From NCBI GenBank assembly GCA_003971905.1, contig RSEE01000019.1, positions 1 through 64,000 of the forward strand: DNA of 64,000 nucleotides, read 5' to 3'. This document shows, piece by piece, positions 1 through 13,851 of this stretch. Numbering within the stretch: position 1 is the first letter of the stretch; each line of letters opens with the position of its first letter. This stretch comes from Moniliella sp. 'wahieum' (taxonomy: Eukaryota). The notes under the pieces are model-generated. The model saw only the letters and a program-made list of their open reading frames with translations. It had not been told where the DNA came from and did not search any database. The position numbers and the translations under genes were made by a program.

Positions 1-1977
1 GTCCTGTGGGCGAGGTCGAACTCGGTGCTGGATGCTGTCGAGGACGAGGCGAGGGGGCGGGGGCTCGAGGCGGGGGGCGAGGGGGGGGGCCACGCACGGG
101 GAGGGGCCAGGGCCGGGGGGGGCGATGGGCACGCGGGCACGGCACGACGGCGGCGGCGGGAGAGGCGGAGGGGGAGAGGGTCGGGGCGGGGTCGCGCATG
201 GGGTGCGGGCGACGAGACGCGCGGGCACTGCGCCGGGGCCCATGGGGGCGGCGAGCGGAGAGGGGCATGGCGGGGCGGGGGGGGGGGCAGGTGGTGGGGG
301 CGGCGGAAGCGAGGCAGCGGCCCGCGTGTCGAGGCAGCCCAGCCGCGTCGGTCGGCAGGCATCAGGCAGCCCGCAGGCCAGCAGCCAGCCACCGCAGCGC
401 AGCGCTCTCCTGCCGCCGTCGGCCGAGCCACTCCAGTGTCACGCGCCCCGTCACACTCACTCTACACGCCCCAGCACGCAGCACCTGGGGCGTGTCGGGA
501 TGCGTGACGCATGGCGCGTGACATGCGGGACACGCCCTGCAGGAACGCGCCGGGAACGCGCTGGCATGCATGACCCCGTGCATTGATGCATGATGCAGAT
601 TGCACCGCGGCGCCTGCGGGGAGATCCCCACTGGCCATGTGCGCCCTGCCGCCGCCGGCCGACGCACGGTCGGGTGCGTTATCCGCGTGATGCTGGCGCG
701 CTGGCGCAGGGCAGTGTGGCGGGCGAGCAGCTGGCTGTTCGGTGGCCGCGAGTCACGCGTCACGCGTCACTTGGCACGTCACACGCACTCGGCACCAGTG
801 CACCAGTGGGCGATGGGCAGTGGCCCTCAGGCCTCAGTACCCTCCGTACCAATCGCTGCGCCCAACGAATCTGCCTGCACTGGGAATGCATATTGCATGC
901 TCACACCGGTCCCGATCCGGGGCGCACTGGGTGCGGTCCGCATGTTCCGCACCCAATCCCGGAGTTGCCGGGGTAAGCAAGCTTGGCTTATTAGCGCTTG
1001 TCTAACCTTGCCCTCGGCCGCCCCCTCCATCCATCCATCCATCCATTGTCCCATCAACACTTGTTGGGAGAGATGTTTACCCCCTACACCACCAACCCCA
1101 GTGAGCGCGTCGACAAGGTGCGGCATAGCAGCCCCGAATGCTCAAGCGCACCATCCGAAGCGCCCTGAGTGGGCGACCATTGGGCCATGGGTGGCGGCCT
1201 GGTGGTTGAGTTGGGGCTCGGGGCACCATAGGGAAACATTGGGCCAAGTCCGGCAGGCATATGAGAAGGCCGAGACCCGGGTGAGAGGGTGTGGTGGCGG
1301 ATCTGTCAGTGACGGTTGACGCCGGGACCACCATCCGAGCCACCTGCTGGGCCTGTTGGCCTTCTGGCTGGTCCGCAGCTGTCCCGGAGTCAGATTGCCA
1401 TTGAGATGGCCTTGGTTTCGCTTGCGTACTCCGGCGTCGCAGTCTATGTAGAAGCATCTTTTAGAAGGCATCTTTTGGAATGTGGATTCGTCTGGCCGCG
1501 TCGACGGTGCCCCTGAGGTGTAGGAAAGCAAGCGTGGAGATGGACATATGGATGCCTCCAAGGCTGAGGTGATATGCTCGGCTTTGCGACTGGTTTGGAT
1601 AGGACATTGGCGGGGCCCTGTGGCATGTGGGGCCTGGAGCCGTGGGATCGGAGAGAAGGAGCAGGGGCGGAAGCGGAAGCGGAAGCCAGCGGCCATCCCA
1701 TTTTCGAGCCGAGGGCAAGCGTCCCCTCAACACGTGCAACACTTGCCCCCCCCAGCCGCGAGGGCATGGCAGCAGCGCGGTGATGGACGTGTGATGGTGG
1801 GCCCGGCGCCAAGCGAGGCAGGGGGGCATGCGACGACAGCGTGGCGCGGCGCGCGCGGGTGGGCACTGGTCCGCGGTGGCCGCAGGGGGCAGTGTCGCGG
1901 GCGCTGCTGGCAGAGAAACGGCAGGCGACCGCAGCTTTTTTCTGCTGCTCCTCCTCCGCCTCTGCCCCGCCGCCGCC

Positions 1978-2037
1978 CTCCTCCCCATCCTCCCATCCTC
2001 CCCATCCTCCCCATCCTCCCCATCCTCCCCATCCCCC
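1978..2037. repeat. 9-mer tandem repeat (CTCCCCATC)n directly upstream of the rrm4 ATG
   Basis: About 6 imperfect copies seen directly. Confidence 0.8.
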
Positions 2038-2040
2038 ACC

Positions 2041-4637
2041 ATGTCGGGCACGTCCAAGTACGCCCCCGCCGCCACCAGCTACGCTGCGGCCGCCGGCGCC
2101 GCCCCTGAGCCCGCCCCTCCAACGCCTCCCTGGGCGCCGCCCCCACCGACGACCCTTTCCCCCCCCTCGGCGCAGCTGTCGCGCCGCCTGTCAGTGGCGT
2201 CACCATCGTCTCTGCTGCCGAGGCAGCCGAGTCGGGCCCCAAGGAGGACACCACCGCGTGGCCTGCCAACCCTCACCTGACGCAGCCCTTCCTCTTTCTC
2301 TCTCTCCCACCTCCCCGCCCAGGCCACCAAGCACGACCTGGCCAACCACGTGTTCCAGCACTGTCTTCCTGTCAAGTTTGATCTCACCCCATCCCCCGCA
2401 TCCGATGCGGCGGGGGTGGTCCACTTTGACCGCATGTTCAATGGTACGTCTCCTACTCGGTCTGCCCCCACCTTTGAGTCCATGTCGTGGCTGGAGGGAC
2501 TGACATTGACACCGCGCCTGATTGCCAGCTGAACTGGCCTACGCCACTATCGACTCGCCCCATCTCTCCATCCGTCCCCCTCGGAGGCGGACCCCGAATC
2601 CCAGTCCAAACGTCGACTCTTCAAGCAGCTTCCTCCTTCCACCTCGCCCACCGACCTCTTCCGCCTGCTGCGTCCCTATGGCCCGCTGCGCAAGGTAACC
2701 CTGATCATGACCAACCCCAAGACGGGCCAGCACACTGGCTTTCACGGCATGGCTACCGCCGACTTTTATTCCGAGGCCGATGCGCAGGTGGCAGAGCGGG
2801 CGCTGCATTGCGCCAATCTCGATGGAAACACCATCTCTGTCTCGATTGACACCACTGTTCGTTCTACCCTTGACATTCGTGCGTCGGCGCCCGTCTTTGT
2901 CCCGCGGATCCATACCGCTGCTGAGACCGGGGCACAGACGAGCATGTATGCTCCCTCTGCCGGCTTCCCTACCTCGTCATCTTCCTTGCCCCAGCTGGGT
3001 TTGACTACAACTACCTCTCCTCCCCGGCCAGTCCTTTGCCCCCAGCCTCCGGCCCACGCAAACTCATTGACCCTTGCAACCTATTCATCAAGAATTTGGC
3101 GGCGGGCGTGACCAGCTCGGACCTGTACCAGGCGTTCACAGGGTACGGAGACATTGTGTCGGCTCGGGTTATGCGCGACGACCAGGGCAACAGCCGTCAA
3201 TTTGGGTTTGTCAGCTTCAAGCAGCCGGACGAAGCGGACGAGGCGATGCGCGGGATGAATCGGCGCAAACTTCAAGGCAAAGCGATCAGCGTGAGCTTGC
3301 ACGAACCCAAGATGCTCCGCCAAGAAAAGTTGGCAGCCAAATTTGCTGCGCAGAATGGGAGCGGTGCTCTGTCGCCGGGGGGTTGCCGCGGAGCAACTCG
3401 ATTACCTCGAGTGGAAGGGACTCGAACGATGGCGCGTCGCGCACGAGCGAGCCAAAGCGTACCCCCAAGTTGCAGCGCAAGCCTTCCAACTCTTATTTCC
3501 GCGCTGCCATGGAAGCCGACAACCGCGGCGAAACGTATACTGTGGCGCAACTGACCGCGCTGAGCGCTTCGGTCCGCAATGAGGTCTTGGCTGGTCTCTT
3601 GGCGCGCCGGATCAGAAAGTTGCCTGGATTCGATGAGGTGGCCGCAGAGGAAGGCGTGTACCACCAAGAGACGCCCGAAGAAAGCTTGGCTCGCCGCCAG
3701 GCTCTACTGGCCAAGGCTGCCCGCGGCGGCGAGGCATCGAGTGACGAGCCGGATCAGATCAACTGGACCGACGAGGAGGTGCATGAGATTGTAGAGCAGC
3801 TGGTTGCCAAGTTGTCCCTTGCCCAAGCGGTCGAAGCATTGGAAAACCCCGAAACGTTGCTGCGGCATACCCTGCACCATGCCGTATCCGAAGACGTTCG
3901 TCCGCTCACCCCGCAAGCCATGAGCCAACGCACCCACTCGTCCGACTCGGTCCGGGACACGACCCTGGCCACTTCCCTGGACATGTCCGCCGCCAGTTTG
4001 ACTCCGGACCTCCGCCCGCCCGCGCCGCAGTCGGGCGTAAGCGAGCGGTCCAAACTGTTGTCGGCGGTGCGTGGATTGGGCCTCCCCGTCGCCTTGGCGG
4101 AGGACATTACGGGTCTGCTCGTTGACCTGCCCAAGAAGGAACGCGCAATGTGCCTGTTCAACCGCGACTTTCTCATTCAGAAGGTCGAGGAGGCACGCGT
4201 CATTCTTACCCTCAGTGACGATGAGGAAGAAGACACAGCTTTCACCTCTTCCGCTGCGCCTTGTCCTGCCCCGGCACCTACTCCCATGCCTGAACCGGCC
4301 AAGGAACCTAAGCCCGACCTAACTACGCTGGCTGCACTCCCCGCGGCGCAGCTGGTGGAACAATTGCAAGCGGGTGCATTGGCGCCTGAGGTGCTGCCTG
4401 CCTCGCCAGAGCAGTGGCAGGCGACCGAAACGTTTGTTGTTCCTGGCCGGCTTGGCAGCGAGCGATGCCAAGCAAAAGTTGGGCGACCGGGTGTTCAAGG
4501 TGATCAAAGCTGGAGGAATCAAGGGCGCACCCAAATTGACCATTGCCCTGCTGGACTCGGAAGACTTGCGCACCCTCGCTCATTTGGCCGACTCGTTCCC
4601 CTCGGCCTTGCGGGCCAAGGCACTGTTACTCAAGTAA
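2041..4637 (+). CDS. rrm4: Rrm4-like RNA-binding protein (3 RRM domains + C-terminal MLLE/PABC-like domains), endosomal mRNA transport
   Basis: RRM3 reads IDPCNLFIKNL...IVSARVMRDDQGNSRQFGFVSF...LHEPKMLRQEKLAAKF. RRM2 reads GFHGMATADFYSEADAQVAERALH. The C-terminal MLLE reads KQKLGDRVFKVIKAGGIKGAPKLTIALLDSEDLRTLAHL. Intron 2444-2528 (GTACGT..CTGAC..CAG). Several frameshifts. Confidence 0.9.
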
Positions 4638-5054
4638 GCACTCGGTCGGCGTCGGCCTCTGCCTCTACCTCTGCCTCTGTCTGCTCTAGCTCTACTCTAG
4701 CTCTACCTCTGCCTCTCGCTCCGTCTCCCATTCTCGTTTCTTTCTTGGTCTTTGTCTTTCTTCCCATTCCTGTTTTCGGTGTCTTGGCGCCCCAGTACCC
4801 TTTTTATCCAATTTCAGTACCCTTTATCCACTTTCCCCATCCACTTTCCCCCCAATCAACGTTCCCCATGAAGTTCATGCCATCATGCGTCAGGCAGCCT
4901 CAAAGTTATATGTGATGGGGCTATGTGAATCGTTCCGGCCTCAGGCCTCAGGTCGAGTTGTGCATCAACCCCCCCAAAAAGATGAACGTTGAGTACTGAG
5001 TGCTGAGTTGAAAATCTGTAGCCACATGGAATCCGATTGACCTCGTCTTGCTTC

Positions 5055-6144
5055 TCACCACGCCATCTGGCGCGAAGCGGGCTGTGTCTCGTGTTCGTAC
5101 TCGATCTCGAGCCCGGGCTTGCCTGTGGTTAAAGCGCATCAGTGTCAGTTTTCCGTGTGCGCTCCCCCAGGCCAAAGAAGAAGACGTACCCTTTTTGTTC
5201 TTCTTGCCCTTGCGGTCGGGGGCAGATCCGCGCTTGGTTCCCCTTGACGGAGCAGGTCCCTTGCCCTTCTTGGATTTTGGTGCGTCATCCTCTTCATCGT
5301 CGTCCGACTCCTCCTCCTCCTCGTCCGACGATCCAATCGTGTTGCCATCCGAGTCAAAGAAGCCGTCCATCCCCTCCACTTCGTCCGACCCTTCGTCCTC
5401 CGACTCGTCCTCGTCCGAGTCGTCCGAGACAAACTCACGTTGGCCTACCAACGCCTCATCCTCATCCCAAGCCTCGTCCGCATCAGCTCCAGCTCCTCCT
5501 CCTCTTCCTCCTCGCTCTCCTCGTCCTCAAGGTCCAGCTCCTTCTCCGCCTCGCGCTTCTGGTCCAACACCGCCCGCCACACATCCTCGTTGACGTTCAG
5601 CGGGGCATCGCCATACGCGCCACTCTTCAGTCGTTCCAGCAGTTCCTTCTCGATGGACTTTTCCAAGTGAGCCGCCTTGAGCGCTTTGCGTTCGCGCACC
5701 GCTTCCCGTCGCTCGTCGTCTTCTTCTTGATCCCGACGAGAGCCGGCTGGGACTCCTCCTTGGCCTTGATGCGGCGCAACTTGATCAAGTACTGCGTGAT
5801 GCGGGTAAGACGTTGTTTGGCTTTGTGCGTGATAACCGGGGCCAGTAGACCAACTCCTCATCGATCTGCTGCAACGCTTTGGCATAGTTGGTCGACAAAC
5901 GGATCCGCTCCCATGCACGCGCAGGAAGGTGCGACCGCTCAGCCGTCTTGACGTACAGGTACACCACCCCGCCTTGCTCGCGCACCGTCGCATACGCATT
6001 GTTGGCCAACGGACAGGACTGCCGGTTGCACAGACCGGTCAAGTTGTACTCGTTCCGGCAGAAGGATTCGTGGGTCGGCGCACGGATCTTGTACGAGCAG
6101 AACTGGGTGCCGATGACGGACCAGACCACGTCTTCCGACTGCAT
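5055..6144 (-). CDS. MAK16: Mak16, 60S ribosome biogenesis factor
   Basis: [19 protein letters not shown]...[56 protein letters not shown]; acidic tail. Intron 5123-5189, last exon [11 protein letters not shown]...W*. Confidence 0.95.
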
Positions 6145-6515
6145 TCTTTGGTTGGTGCACGCTCAAGCGCGGGAGGGCAACGGTGGAGAGTGGAGGGTGG
6201 AGGGTGGTGGGGTGGGCCTGCTGGGTCGGGTGGGTCAGCCAGGCCGAGGGCAGGGAGCGAAAAATTTTGGGCCTTACGTCAGATGGCCGATGTTTGTGTT
6301 TGAAATGCGGCGTCGAGGCGCCCCTTGGAGCTTGAAACTTGAAGATATGCACACTGCACCCCGCCGCCAGATTTGAAGATTGAAGATTGAAGCTTCAACT
6401 GGCCGCTGGCAGAGCGAATGCCTCCACCACCAGCCAGCCTCCACCCATCCCATCTCCATCTCCATCCTCCCCATCCCCATCCTCATTCCCACCCCCACCC
6501 CCACCCCCTCCCCAC

Positions 6516-9486
6516 ATGGGCCATCCACGCACCCACATCCGCGCACGAAAAGCACGCCCGCTCACCATCCAGCGCCCCCCCCCCGACGCCGCCGCCCTCG
6601 CCCCCCCACTCGCCCCCCCGCCCCACCCCGACAACACTGGGCTGCGCCTCAGTGGCGCCGCCCTGGCGCGAGCACCGCCTCCTGCGCACCCCCCCTGGAT
6701 TGCTGACCTGGTCCGCCCCTTTGACGGCCTCACCCCCACTCTCCCCCCCGACCGGGTCCTCTTCTCGGTCCTGACCCAAGGCAATTCCGAGGGTGAACAG
6801 TGCGCTGTTTCGATGGACCCGGTCCCAAAGCGAGGCATTCGACCAATTCCTCGACGCTGTCCTCGCCTCCTCCTCCCTGCCCTCGAGTGACCAGGGCATC
6901 ACCTCTCCCTCGGGACGGCTGATGGTGGTCTCGCACTTGACCCGTCTCGTCGGCATCGCTGGCTTGGCCCGCTACTTTGGTCATGTGTATGGCGTAGACG
7001 GCCTATCGGTCGCCCAGTCGTCCCGGGCCCTGGACGTACTGTGCGATCTATGCGAATCATCCGACGTGCCAACTCGTAAGATTGGCTACCGCGGCCTTGT
7101 CCATCTCTCTTGTGCCGACCCTTCGCTGCTGAAGCGCACAGCGGACGTGCTGTGTCAACTGCTCACTGCACCGCAAGAGGCCGAACGTGCTACCGTACGC
7201 GCCTCCCTCCGTGCCCTCCTCCGCCTCGACCCCGCACCACCATCGATGCCATCTTTGATCCGACATTCAATCGGTACCTGCCTTGCGCCAAGTCGCACTT
7301 GCCTTTCTGGTTGGCGAAGCCACATCCCGTCCCCTGCCCGACGCGCAGGACGATGACCAAAAGGAGGACGCCTACTTTTTCTCGACAGAGGACCCCCCCG
7401 CCGCCTTCCTGGACCAACTTGAGGCCGACCCACTCCTACAAGCTCGTCTAGCACAGAAGTGTGTCGAACGGTTGGTTGCCCGTACCAAGGCCGAGGCGGA
7501 TGACGCAACGGCGCTCACTGCTGCTTGGGAACACGATCCCAGCGAAGAAAATCTCACTCCGCTGTTGGTGTGCGATGCATTGCCCTATCTATGGGGCAAG
7601 CAGGCACCAAAAGCTGTCGTGACCCTCTTTGACCACTTGAGGATGTTGCTTTTGGATGCATTGGCGTTGCTGGCGATGGAAAAGCTCATCGTTCTTCTAG
7701 AGCGGGAACAGGTGCCTGTGGGAGAAGCTGAGGCAGTGTTTGAGGTGCTGCGCGACGCCTATCCCCGCACCCCTTTGTTTGACGGGCAAACTTTGCTCCC
7801 TTCCCTCTTCGTGGCCGCAAAAGCAGCATGGATGGCACTGTCGCAACCGCGCGATGAGCATGGCATCTTCTCGGTTGATGAGGGTGGGATGAGCTATTCT
7901 TTGCCGCCTCCCGAACCTCCTACCACTGTGGAGACAGAACCCAGCACAGCGCCCTTGGTATTGCAAGCGTGCAGGATTTGATTGCTTACCTCTCGCCGCA
8001 GCTCGCGCCACGCGGGGAGGAGTGCACAAGTACTCTACGAACGGTTCCGCGCCCTCTGTATCGGCACCGACACTGGCTCTCTCATCTCGCTCGTGTCGGA
8101 TGGAATGCGTGTGCCACTAATTCGAATTGCCTCGCTCATTGCGCTTGCGCGACGGCAGGCAGCCATCAGTAACGCTTCCTCGGGCGCGTACGATGCTCAC
8201 ATGAGTGACTCCCTTTTCTCTGCTCTTCGCTCACTTGGTTCCCCTACCCACCTGCTCGCTGCCACCCTCACCGACGCCGCGGTATCGGTGCTGGAGGTGG
8301 CTGAGGCAGCGCTGTGGGGCCTGTCGATGGCTCTGCCATGTGTACGTGACCTCCCTTCCTTGTCTCCTCTTTGCACTTTTGTCCGATTCTTTCTTGAGCG
8401 CCGCTAACTGACGCTCCTGTGGGCTTGTGCTACAGCGGCCGCGACTCGGTGCGTTTGGTGTTGCCTGGGTCACCGATACACCGGCAGGCCAAGTACTGTG
8501 CCAGCAATGGGAGCACGCTACCTCCGCTCGTTCGGCTGTGGTGCTCCTTGTGGCCAAGCAGCCTGCGTCCGAACGCGCTTACCTCTCCTCCCGTCCGGGG
8601 GATTGCCAAGGTCGCTCATACCCTGACGCTCCCGCCGGCCGAACGGAGGGCGCAGGAACTGCATCCGGTCTGGTTGAGCGTATCGGTTCCGCTGGCTCTG
8701 CCACTGCCTGCGACACTGAATGCCATTTCGACGGCGCCGGGACAAGGACAAGAGATGCGCGGTAAAGCTGCCAACGGCAAGCGGTCCCGCTCTCCCCTCA
8801 CTACGATAATGATATGGACATGGAGGATAGCGCGCCTTCCGCACCCAAGGAAGCTCCCTCGAAGACCATCAAATCCGAAGCACGCTCGCTCTCCATTCGT
8901 GGCGCGCACAAACGAGCTCGTCCAGACGTGCTACCCAAAATCGTATCCATTCGCGGAAGCGCACAAATACCTACGCCTCCACCTACTTTGGCGCATGCAC
9001 CTCCCGCTGCACCTGTACCTGTACCTGTTCCTGTTCCTGCTCCTGCTCCTGCTCCTGCTCCTGCACCTGCTCCTGTGCCTGCTCCGGCTCCGGCTCCTGC
9101 TTGCATCTGCGCCGGTTCCCGCGTCTGAACCACCATCTCGATCAGGTGCAGCGAACCTATTCCGCGCTGAGCGCCACCGTCTCCTTCGTCCCGTCCCTGC
9201 ACCCGCCCCTGCTCCCGTACCTGCCAAAGGTCCACGCGGCCGCGGCGCCATCAAGGGCCGCTTACATTCCGACCCCTCAGTCCAGGGCGAAGGACAGATC
9301 CAAGCGCGCACCGCGGCCACTCGTGGTGGTCGACACCATGTTCGGCCCGGGGCGCGTCCCACCGCCACCGCGCCAGCCTCGACCAATGGGCATTCCGCCC
9401 CCTCCCTCGGGGCGGGCAGGATGCGCAACGAGAACTCTTGCCGCGCTAACGGTGGTGGTAATGCGGTAGCCCAGGGTACCGGGTAA
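6516..9486 (+). CDS. Large helical protein with an API5 (apoptosis inhibitor 5)-like N-terminal region and a P/A/R-rich tail
   Basis: ALDVLCDLCESSDVPTRKIGYRGLVHLS...LKRTADVLCQLL...VRASLRALLRLDP resembles the API5 DLCED..IR..AIK.LP...ADILTQLL pattern. Long overlapping ORFs joined by frameshifts; both ends uncertain. Confidence 0.55.
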
Positions 9487-11058
9487 CCCTCGCCTGGAAC
9501 ACGACCCGGACGCGTGTAACCGGGAACCCGGAACCCGGAACCGGTGCCGGGACGCGCGAAAGGGAAAACGGCAAGCAGTAATCGAGTAATCCAAAGGACA
9601 AGGCAATCGAATCGAATGGAATCGATTGAGTGGGGTCGTTCGTACATTGCCCACTAGAACCCAGCGGGTACGCAGGGCTCACGCCCTCACGGGCAGAGCC
9701 TGGCAAGCTGGCAACGCAGACGCAGTAATACGCACCAAAGCAAATCCAGCACCGTAGTCAATAAAACATCGCCCCCTCGGGCCACGGTCGAGACCACCTG
9801 CTAGCCACGCAGGACGCAAGCGGACCCAGGGAATAACCATCCCTGACAGAATAATTCGATTGATCATATGCATGGCGCAGGATGCATGACATGCATGACC
9901 GGTGACCCCCACGACACTAGCCGGGAGCCACGACACTTGGGGCCCAAGAGGCAGTTCGTTTCTCAGTCATGAAAGTCATTGCTCATTAGCTCACTGGCAC
10001 TCGAGGCCAACCGGGAGTCATTAATCATTGTCCCATGTCCTGGCCCAACTAGCAACTAGCAGACAGACAAAGCTCTTTCGGGTCCAAACAACGTGTCCCA
10101 CACACGCCCAGCGAGTTCGACAGACCCACAGCGCGGCCACAGCGCTGCAGCGCGATCTGTGCACTGCAGTGGGACTGAGGAGCCCCGGCAGGTGTTGTGT
10201 TGACGTTGATGCAATCGATTATCGATCATCTGCCTGCTTCGAGATCCAAGCGCCTCTCCAACCTCCTGCCGAGCAAGGCCAAAATCAGGCCTGCATATAG
10301 TAATTTGGCCTTCTCCCTCGCGCGGCGCGCAAGTGTGGGCTGATATGTGTCTCTCCTCGCTGGTGTTGATTCTTGGTCTGTATCCGTACCCAGTCTAAGT
10401 TGGTCGTATTGCACCAAGAAGGCAGGGTGCAGTCCCATCCTGAAGATTGTGCACTCCATTCAGGGCATACTTGTGTTTTCAATCAACCGACGGCTGTGAG
10501 AGAGGAATGAGATCTGAGAGAGAACGCGACAAGGAAGAAGACCAGGTTAGGAGTGATGGTGCCAGAGACGCGTTTGTGGATCAGGGAGGGAGATTTGGAC
10601 CTCACCTTGAGGAACTCGGGTATAAAGGAGGCCAAGCTGGGGTCCCCATGGACGCACCCAACCATCCCCTTCTTCTCTCTGGCCGTATGCATGCGATGCG
10701 CGCGGGGTAATACACGGGTAATAGTCATGGCTCCTTGATCGATCAACAACAAGTCGGAAGACTGGGGTATTCCATATTCCCTCGTATTCGGATCAGACTC
10801 CTCGGACCTAGATGCGGTTGCAGCGTGCAACTGCATCGGAGATACCGGTTCAACCAAGTGATCGTCGAAAAAACGCTGGCACATTTCGGTGCCCCTCGGC
10901 TTCAGGCCGGCTTCCGGTCTCAGGCCCTCAGGGCCTCTCATATAACCCTCACAGGGTGAACCTGCGCCCGATTTTTTCCTGCGCCGGCCCCACCTCTCCG
11001 TACTAACCTTCAACCCCGTTACGCGTTACCCTCTCTCCGTCCTATCCCTCTCTCTTTC

Positions 11059-13167
11059 ATGTTCCCAGCGCCTGAACAGGCGGCGGCTGCCGTCCATCCC
11101 ACAATAGAGGGCACTCGCCCTACCGACGACGAGAACCAGCACTTTGGTATCCCAACCGAGCATTGGGACGAGCTTGACGACGCAGACCGCGACTTGATCC
11201 GCGTCGCCTCTCGCCAGGGGGCTTATCCCCCGTCCATTCCCAAGACACGATGGGTGGTGATCCTGAGAAGGGAATTGGTCATGCCATGCCGGCGGCTAGC
11301 GAGACCAAGACGGACTGCCTGCCCCATACTGACCTTGAGGCTCAGCAATCGAATGGGCCTGACCTGGGCTTGTGCCCCTTTCCTTCACAGCAGCAAAACA
11401 AAGAACAAATTATCGTTCATTGGGAGTCCAATGACGATCCCGAAAACCCCTTGACTTGGAGCCCAGTTTTCGGTACGCTCTTGCTCGTCCCGGACCTGTT
11501 TTGTGTCGACCCTGAGGACCAAAACTGACGCTTTTTTTGTTGGATTGACAATACTAGCGGATACATTACCATGCTGGTCGGTTTCCTGGTCTTGAATCGA
11601 CTTTTGTTTCTACTATCCCCCAGGGCACGATGGAACAAATCTTGGTCAATTTCACGTGTCGGAAGAAGTGGGAACATTGGTCATCTCGGTACGTCTATCG
11701 TTGTGCCCCTCCCGTATATGTGTTTACTTGCATATTATCCCTTTGCCTCCCCTCTCCTGTTTCTGTCGGAGAGTGTACTTACCATACGGTGTTGCCTTAA
11801 CTACAGATCTACGTCGCAGGATATTTGTTGGGCCCATTGATTTGGGCGCCTCTGACAGAAAGAGTCGGCCGATACACCCCTTCTGTTATAGCCCTCGTCG
11901 GATTTGTCTCCTTCAACTTGGGGTGCGCGCTTTCGAAAAATATTGGGTCCCTGCTCGTCTTTCGATTTTTGACGGGTGTGTTTGGCGCCTGTCCCCTAAC
12001 CACTGCAGGTGCTGTCCTCTTTGACATTTGGAAACCCAGGGTACGTCCCCCCTTTATGAAGGAAGTTACATTTGGTAGCGGAGCGCAGCTGATTCATCCC
12101 CCACCCTTCCCTAGCCACGTGGGTATGCGATGGTTTCCTTCTCGCTTGCTCCTTCGGCCGGGCCAGCGTTGGGCCCGATCGTTTCAGGTGCAATTCAGGT
12201 AACAGGTACGTCATGGCGCTGGGCGTTCTACGTGTCCGTCATCTTCAGTGGTGCCATGCTACTGCTTACTACCCTGACGCTTCGGGAAACCTATGCCCCG
12301 GTTCTCTTGGCTCGCAAAGCACTTCGCCTTCGTAAAACGCACAAAGACGAACGCTACGTTGCACCAATAGAGCTAGTCGAATTTAAGCCCAAGGACTTTG
12401 CCTATCAGCTTTTTCTCAAACCTTTGGTCATGATGGCCACCGAGCCCATGCTCCTCTCTGTTCTGTCTTCCTTGCTTACGGTACGTTCCCTTGAGTATCC
12501 TCTTCGTGTATCCACCCCCCCCCCACCTCATCTCAGTATTAGTATATTGACGCATGCACAACCAGGGTATGGACTCTTGTACCTTCTGTTTGAGTTTTAC
12601 TCGACGTACCACACTATTTACGGTCTCAATGCTCTGCAGGAAGGACTTACCTTCTTACCGTTTTTCCTCGGTAACGTTGGTTGCTGTCTATTCTATGCCC
12701 TCTTCACCTTGCCACGCTACAACCGCCAACTCGATGAAGCTCATGCTCGTGGCGAGACCAAGTTACCACCTGAAGCTCGCCTGCCCATCTGCAAGATCTG
12801 TGGTCCCTCGCTGGCCATCAGTTTCTTCTGGTTTGGTTGGTCCAACTACAAAGAGGCAACGTTGTGGGCCCCGTTATTAAGTGGCCTATTGATCGGTGCT
12901 GCCGTTTGCGCCCTCTTTCTCGCCCTTACAACGTACGTGGTCGAGACGTACCAATCCAATGCGGCGTCCGGTTTGGCTGCCCAGACCATCCTTCGGTCCG
13001 CGACAGGCGCCGGGTTGCCATTGGTCGCTCAGGCCATGCTGTCCAACATGCATGTTCATTGGGCCTCGACCCTGCTGGCTTTCTTGGCTCTCCTCATGAC
13101 ACCCATCCCCTTTGTGTTGGAACGGTGGGGGGAACAGTTGCGTACCAAGTCGCGCTTCGCCTTTTGA
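11059..13167 (+). CDS. MFS drug:H+ antiporter (DHA1 family)
   Basis: VHWESNDDPENPLTWS; motif A-like GPLIWAPLTERVGR; VFRFLTGVFG; motif C-like GPALGPIVSG; WRWAF; ETYAP; PPEARL. Several introns (for example donors at 11473 and 12041). Confidence 0.92.
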
Positions 13168-13851
13168 CACCTATATACCGTATTACCTCCTCCTTTCTAT
13201 CAGCCTTGAGTGCCGTCGTCATGCCAATAGTAGTATGCAGCGCTCTCTGCCCAGTCTATATACCATTCAGGTATGGCATCATGGAAAACTACAGTGTAGA
13301 AGAAAGGCCAAGTAATAGCCCTGCGGTGACTGATTAGATGGGGTGCGGGCTTATAGGGTGGCAGAACGGGGGCGCAATGGGTCAATGTACTTCGAGGGGG
13401 GGGGCGGGGGCTGCGAGGCACACAAAAGTGCATAGACACAAAATGGCATTTTTTCCAAGCTCAACAGAGCACATCTCGACGGCTTCCGGGTTTGGGTGGT
13501 AAGAACCAAGCAAGCGTGGTTGATGGCGGTGGGACGATCGTGGCCGGGACGCATGCCGCGGGTTTGTGGACTGCGTAATGGAGTCGTGAACGTGGAGCGT
13601 TGGGTGTCGTTTTGCGTTATTAACCTCACTTTGAGAGTTAGCCGCTATTAATTAGCGTCGTGGACCAATTGAGCCAACATAGATATTTGAAGCGGGCGGA
13701 ATGGGCGGAAGCGGCGGGCGCGATCGTGTTGCGCTCCAATTTCCAACCCAACCAAAAATCGCATCTGGGCCGAAGCGACCCGCGACGAATCCGCGACGAA
13801 TCCACGCCGACGTGCCCACCACCACCACCTTGCTCCAGCTGTCTGCCCGCC

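Noticed and set aside
1..340. Possible 5' end of a minus-strand gene leaving the window
   Set aside because: Only low-complexity P/A/R sequence; product and frame cannot be supported.
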